In this document: piece by piece, positions 37,201 to 42,807 of the stretch | Position numbering within the stretch: position 1 is the stretch's first letter | Layout of the letters: every line of letters starts with the position of its first letter | From: Priapulus caudatus | Taxonomy: Eukaryota | Assembly: GCF_000485595.1 (NCBI RefSeq) | Contig: NW_014577075.1 | Coordinates: 161,021-203,827, forward strand | Direction of reading: 5' to 3' | Length of the DNA stretch: 42,807 bases | The notes under the pieces: generated by a model | Told to the model about the DNA's origin: nothing | Seen by the model: the letters and a program-made list of their open reading frames with translations, nothing else | The model's database searches: none | Position numbers and translations under genes: made by a program

Positions 37201-38620
37201 CCTCATGGCCGCATCGCGCCACGTCTCCTCATCCAGCATCACCGACCGCAGTCTCCTCAGCCACTAGTCTCCTCACCGCAGGCATTCGCCGCACCCAGTC
37301 TCCTCATACGCCAGCATCCCCACTCCAGTCTCTGCCATCCAGGCATCGCCCACCCAGTCTCCCTGCACCCAGCATCCCACCCAGTCTCCTCATCGCAGCA
37401 TCCCGACCAGTCACTCACCCAGCATCCGCGCACAGTCACGCTGCACCCAGCATCCCCACGCCAGTCACCTCAAGCCCCAGCATGCACCCCCCAGTTCTCC
37501 CTCATTCAGCATCCCCACGCAGTCTCCTCATCCAGCAATCCCACCCAGTCTCCTCATCCAAGCATCCCACTAGCCGACTCGCACCCAGCTTCCTCATCTA
37601 ACATCCCCCACCACAGCTTCTTCCATTCCGGGTATCACACTCGGACATCCACGCAGTATAACGGTAGGCTATCCGTCGTTCTCTTACGTATACTATATAT
37701 AATATATAGTACTACTATATTATAAGCGGGCACGATAGCGGGTCAGGCAAAAAACTGAAGTTTTAAGCACGCAACATCTTTTCTCGGCGACATTTCAGCC
37801 TTCTGATCGGGTCTTTGTTTTTTTGTCGGGTCCTGCGGCAATGAATGACGGGATGGCCTGTTTACTCGTCGAGGCGTTCAGCCAGATGCTGGCGCATATA
37901 TGATGATAAAAAAGGACAGATAAAAAGACGAATATATCGGCGTGATTGGTTCACACGGGAGATTTCTTGCTGCCGCGCCGGCAGCGAGTCGCGATTATGG
38001 CCTCGTCTGCGATTTTAGTGTTGCGGGGATACATTACCAAATGCAGCGCGCCCGCTAATGCGCGTGACAGTTCTTGTTTGCATTAATAAAACAGGGGCCT
38101 GGAGGCAAAAGTACGTAAGTCGCCAGAGCTTGGCAGACGGTCGTGGGATATGCTGCGATGTGTCGTGATGCGTATATCGTGCCAGGCATCAGCGCGTGCG
38201 CACTGCGCACGATTTGCCGTACTATATTAAGTATTTACATATATATACGCTCACATGTAAGCAAACAGCACAAAAATTACATCCCACCCTTCACAGCACG
38301 AGCGCTGCTATGCACACGGCAGACACACACACGCCACGCACAGAGACACGCACCAGCGCACACACGCACGCACACGCGCACGCACACACGCGCAGCGCGC
38401 ACACACGACAACAGCACACGGTAACGCAACCACAGTGCTTGGATATAAGTCTGAAAAACCCAGGCCAGTACCGCGAAAACGTTTATTTCTCAACTAGATG
38501 ACCTATAAGATCTATAAAAATGAGACGCTCCTCTCAACAAGTTAGCGCAGTCAGCGGGAACTGTGGGACGGCGGCGCTGCCTATTTATAAAGCAGTGCAC
38601 ATCATATGCTTATTATATAT
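34290..38620 (-). repeat. Inverted noisy copy of about 14120-17430 (26-bp satellite at 34290-37625 plus unique flank)
   Basis: 38431-38620 is the reverse complement of about 14120-14292; 37720-38130 matches 14570-14945; CCCACCCAGTCTCCTCATCCAGCATC units. Confidence 0.95.
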
Positions 38621-38949
38621 NNNNNNNNNNNNNNNNNNNNNNNNNNNNNNNNNNNNNNNNNNNNNNNNNNNNNNNNNNNNNNNNNNNNNNNNNNNNNNNN
38701 NNNNNNNNNNNNNNNNNNNNNNNNNNNNNNNNNNNNNNNNNNNNNNNNNNNNNNNNNNNNNNNNNNNNNNNNNNNNNNNNNNNNNNNNNNNNNNNNNNNN
38801 NNNNNNNNNNNNNNNNNNNNNNNNNNNNNNNNNNNNNNNNNNNNNNNNNNNNNNNNNNNNNNNNNNNNNNNNNNNNNNNNNNNNNNNNNNNNNNNNNNNN
38901 NNNNNNNNNNNNNNNNNNNNNNNNNNNNNNNNNNNNNNNNNNNNNNNNN
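38621..38949. other. Assembly gap (329 N)
   Basis: N run. Confidence 1.
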
Positions 38950-39470
38950 TACTTTTGACCTCAATCTTTAATCGCAATCTAGCGCCGGCGACGGCGACAT
39001 TTGCAATACAATGACGACCGTTAATGAATAAACTGCCCCCGAATCTCAATTCCAGCATGTGGCACACCTAGTGTACAACTTACATTACGAACTATACGTA
39101 CGTCGTGTCAGTGGCTAAGGCCGCTCGTATATAAACTCCAGCGTCTAATAACATGCGTAACAATCGTGCGTGGCGCTGATAGGGTCAATGTCCACTTGCC
39201 AGCAGAGACCGCACTATGCAGAAATTCGCTGCGCGCGCTAGCAGCGCAGGATCGCTTTACCAAGCCTGTTAAACCAAGCGGGCTTTCCGCGGCAACGTCG
39301 CCGCGGGCAATGGGCGACAACCCGTCTCCCATGCGTGTGTATCCTGTCAGCTCGCACCACAACTGTACGCACGCCTAGCGAGCAATACGCACGCCAACGG
39401 CACGCACGCCCACGCACGCCACGCACGCCACACACGCACACACACACACACACACGCCAGCGCACGCACG
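38950..39470 (-). repeat. Inverted, insertion-rich copy of 18951-19390
   Basis: For example GGCACACCTAGTGTACA (39061) vs TGTACACTAGGTGTGCC (19261), and GATAGGGTCAATGTC vs GACATTGACCCTATC. Confidence 0.93.
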
Positions 39471-39472
39471 CA

Positions 39473-39650
39473 GGGATGCTGGACGAGGAGACTGGGTGGG
39501 GATGCTGGACGAGGAGACTGGGTGGGGATGCTGGATGAGGAGACTGGGTGGGGATGCTGGATGAGGAGACTGGGTGGGGATGCTGGATGAGGAGACTGGG
39601 TGGGGATGCTGGGTGAGGAGACTGGGTGGGGAGACTGGGTTGTGATGCTA
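39473..39650 (+). repeat. Clean end of the 26-bp satellite (about 6 units)
   Basis: Near-perfect units decaying into unique sequence. Confidence 0.95.
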
Positions 39651-40214
39651 GCTGAGGTAGATGGGCATGACTGCTGCACGGGACGACCTAGCAATCACAC
39701 TCAACCACCCTTTACATCTAAACCTCATTCAGCGCCTCTTTGATAGGTATGCTTATTTTTGCGTGCGGCAAACACGTCTTCATCCGCCTCACAAAACCTG
39801 GCGGCTCGCACGCGACGCGATCGCCAAAGAGACGGAACAAGCAAGTTAATTTGCCCGACATCTGATTGTCGGTCGTTTCACACCGGCTAGATTAGTTTAG
39901 CCAGCCGGCTGACAGGCGCAGAGACAAAAGTCGCCGGACTTTGATTAATCCCTTTGTTCATGTTTTCCACCGGCTTTTCCTCGCTCTCTGCACCGGCCAA
40001 ATCTTATTTGTGCCCGTCTGCAGAAAGAGCGCTGACGTTCCCGGGCAATCATCGGCCTAGGCGAATTAAATTTGCTCGGGTTTGGGTTTAGATTTTAAGG
40101 AGAGCGAGAGGTCAGTAATGCGGTGAAGGGGGAAGGGGAAGTGGTTGCGATCGACTGGCTCGGGTCTGTGTGGTTTGATTCTGCTGTGGTCGGGGAAGAG
40201 ATCAGCGATTATAC

Positions 40215-40218
<4 letters not shown>

Positions 40219-40257
<39 letters not shown>
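40219..40257 (+). repeat. (GA)n microsatellite
   Basis: Read directly from the sequence. Confidence 0.97.
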
Positions 40258-40261
<4 letters not shown>

Positions 40262-40526
40262 AGAGCGCCTTACAGCCCAGCCAATGCGCTTTGCTTGGCC
40301 GGCGCGTCTCGTATCTGTGGAGGAGAATCACATATATACGAATTCTTTACGCTAATCTCAGCGACACTAGTTACCGAGGCAACCGAGCCGAAATCTCCTA
40401 CCAGAGAGGGGGAGATGGGTAGCTATAGGCGGGATCCGCATTGTGGGGATGGTGGTCGGGGGGGGGTACTACCGGGGGAGATGGGCGGACATAGTATAGG
40501 TCTTCGTGAGATGAGGGGTAATGCTA

Positions 40527-40537
40527 CGTGTGTGTGC

Positions 40538-40568
<31 letters not shown>

Positions 40569-40605
40569 TGTGTTAGTGTGTGTGTGCGTGCGTGCATGTG
40601 TGTGG
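40527..40605 (+). repeat. (TG)n/(TGCG)n microsatellite
   Basis: Read directly from the sequence. Confidence 0.93.
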
Positions 40606-40901
40606 TGTAGTGCGGTTACTAAAGTGAGAGCTAGATGAGCGGACGAAGCGGTGGTTTTCTGCCGGAGATGTTACGCACATGTGGGTTCGCGTTAGACTTA
40701 TGTACTTTTCGTACTCACAACGTAAGCTGGTGAGAACGACGTCTTGTGTGCTCAGCTAAACGCACGTTTGTAGTTAGCAGCCTAGGCGAGGGTTAGGGAG
40801 AGCGATTACTAGAAAGATGAACTGCTAGCAGTGATGATTTTTCCCGCCCTATAGTTGCTCTTGATATGCAATTATGCGCTGAGTGCCTTCTCGTTCTTTT
40901 A

Positions 40902-41292
40902 AGCCCGGCGCACACGTGAGTAATTTTACTCAAGTCAAATGATGCATGCGTCAAAATACTCACGCGAAATATTTTCAGCGTCCGCCGCACACGTGAGTAA
41001 AATTACTCAAGGTATAAATGGTAATGCAGATCACGTGACTGTGCGCAGCCAATACTGGGCGCAGCCATGATTTAAACGCATGCGCTGTGAGTACCAGTGT
41101 TGAGTAAATTTACGCAACTAGCGCGCACACGTTGAGTATTTTGAAGCATGTGTCAAAAATTATCAAACATGTTTGATATTGAGTTTCTTGATGGATGCGT
41201 CAGAAAACTCAACGAAAATCCGGCGCACACGTGGGTATTTTGACGAATGCATCATTTTACTTGAGTAAAATTACTCACGTGTGTGCCGGGCT
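40902..41292. mobile_element. Harbinger/PIF-like (Tourist-type) MITE, 391 bp
   Basis: TIRs of about 63 bp: AGCCCGGCGCACACGTGAGTAATTTTACTCAAGTCAAATGATGCATGCGTCAAAATACTCACG and its near reverse complement at about 41230-41292. TTA at 40899-40901 and 41293-41295. Internal reiterated GCACACGT(G/TG)AGTA-like motifs. Confidence 0.88.
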
Positions 41293-41757
41293 TTAGGGAT
41301 CTCTTTGTGTGTCGGTGATCATGAAAGTTCGGCTCAGGAAAGATGTGCTATATACATCTACGATGTTAGTAGTGTCGCGATTATGTGCTGATGGGACTGT
41401 CGGTCAGTTACTTCCTGGTCGGAATTTGCGCGTTTAAGTTATAACCCTCGAACAGTTTGCAAACATCTTCACGTGGGATTTGCGCACGCGTGCTTTTAGC
41501 AGTGTTAGCAGCGTGTTGATAACAAGGAGGGGCGGTAACAACGGTGGGCGTGTAAGTCCGAGGTGCGCTATACCGATGTGCTATTCCCCGGACGGAGATT
41601 GCAGGTATATACATCTAGTGGCGCGATGCGAGGCGAGAGATTAGTCGCTGGTGTGGAGAGCTAATCTTCGCGTGTGATCGAGTTTCTATCACTTGATCCC
41701 TCGCCGTGTACCGCCGAGGTGCGGCGGTGCTGCCACGCGTGGACGTGAGATGGAGGT

Positions 41758-41857
41758 CTGTGTGTGCGTGTCGTCTGTGTGTGCGTGCGTCGTCTGTGTG
41801 TGCGTGTCGTCTGTGTGTGCGTGTCGTCTGTGTGTGCGTGTCGTCTGTGTGTGCGTG
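41758..41857 (+). repeat. 17-bp tandem repeat CTGTGTGTGCGTGTCGT (about 5.5 units)
   Basis: Read directly from the sequence. Confidence 0.9.
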
Positions 41858-41984
41858 TAGACCGGAGGCCGAGAGAGAGAAGAGAGAGAGAGGAGAAGAG
41901 AGAGAGCAGAGTAGAGACGAGAGCAGAGAGAGAGACTGAAGAGCAGAGAGCAGCAGTAAGCATGAGAATAGAGCAGAGAGAGGA

Positions 41985-42807
41985 GTATGTGTTGCGTCGT
42001 GCGTGCGTGCGTGCGTGCGTCGCGTGCGGTGCGTGCTGCACATATACATAGATCTAAATGCCGCAGGAAAATGGCGAGTCGATTCGGCTCTAGCTTTGTA
42101 TTAATTTATTGTGATTACAAGCCAGTAGGGTCTTGTATCAGCCGAGCTGCCAATGCGAGTATACAGACCCGCAGATAGGGAGCGCAAGCAACGCAGAGGC
42201 GCAGCATTCATTATAATTGCCTATTTGCCTTGAAACATTATATATAGCTCATCTCAAGCCTGCCCTTAGCTTTGTCCGCCCAAGGCAATAGCGTCTGCCC
42301 AAATTCGTCCGTAAGTCGTCCTAGATAATTATAATATCTGAACCCGCTTGTTCGTCGCTTTTGACGCCTCTCTCTGTAATCTTTCTTTATTTCTGCTCTC
42401 TCTCTCTCTCTCCTTCTACCTCTCTGTCTCTTTCTACCTTTCCTTTATCTTCGCTCTCTCTATCACTCCCCCTCTCTCTTTCTTTCTCTCTATTCTCTCA
42501 TCTTTCCTTTCTCTGCATTTTTCTTTCTCTGCATTTTCCTTCTTGCTCTTTATTTCTCGTTTCTCTCTCTCTATCTCTGTTCTTATTTCGCCGCTCCTCT
42601 CTCTCTCTGCATCTCTTCGAACCTTTCCTATATCTTCGGTGCTCTCTACCGCTCGTTCTCTGGTCTCTCGTTCTTTTTCTCTGATTTCTCTCATTTCCTT
42701 TCTCCATTTTCTCCATTCTCCCTTTCTTTCCCGTCAATTCTTTCTCTGCTCTTTTCCACTTCTCTCGCTTCCTTCTCCTCGCCTCTCTCACGCTATCTCT
42801 GCTCTGC
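41985..42807 (+). repeat. Direct, insertion-rich copy of 18147-18940
   Basis: CATATACATAGATCTAAATG(C)CGCAGGAAAATGGCGAGTCG and all downstream sequence align, with extra single bases. Confidence 0.95.

Noticed and set aside
16..42791. Long ORFs rich in ER, SL, HT, VC or P/S/H (e.g. 7034-8236, 15750-17543, 24788-26188, 35329-37725) and ORFs spanning N runs
   Set aside because: They are translations of stop-poor microsatellites, the 26-bp satellite or gaps, and are open in several frames and strands at once.
1..42807. rRNA, tRNA, retroelement or transposase coding sequence
   Set aside because: No recognisable motifs on either strand by eye; degenerate remnants cannot be excluded without searches.

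Overview
This is a metazoan, probably invertebrate (CpG is abundant, not depleted), repeat-rich draft-scaffold window with six N gaps. It contains no intact, confidently nameable gene, and almost every ORF in the track is a translation of microsatellite or minisatellite DNA. About 40% of the window is redundant. 2.4-12.3 kb recurs inverted at 21.0-31.1 kb, 14.1-17.4 kb inverted at 34.3-38.6 kb, 18.95-19.39 kb inverted at 38.95-39.47 kb, 6.1-7.2 kb direct at 12.3-13.4 kb, and 18.15-18.94 kb direct at 41.98-42.8 kb. The copies differ mainly by scattered 1-2 bp indels, which points to raw long-read gap filling of mis-ordered contigs rather than biology. The best-supported features are four non-autonomous DNA transposons with visible ends: Academ-like 9326-10129 (CTT target duplication), hAT-like 10280-10734 (apparent 10-bp duplication), Kolobok-like 32941-33518 (TTAA) and Harbinger/PIF-like 40902-41292 (TTA). 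There is also a 29-bp minisatellite whose unit is a nuclear-receptor DR1 plus a near-perfect Maf site, and a multi-kb G-rich 26-bp satellite. Tentative exons, found by eye only, are two error-frameshifted F5/8 type C (discoidin)-like segments and a two-exon type II membrane-protein-like N-terminus. I see no solid evidence for a novel biological system.
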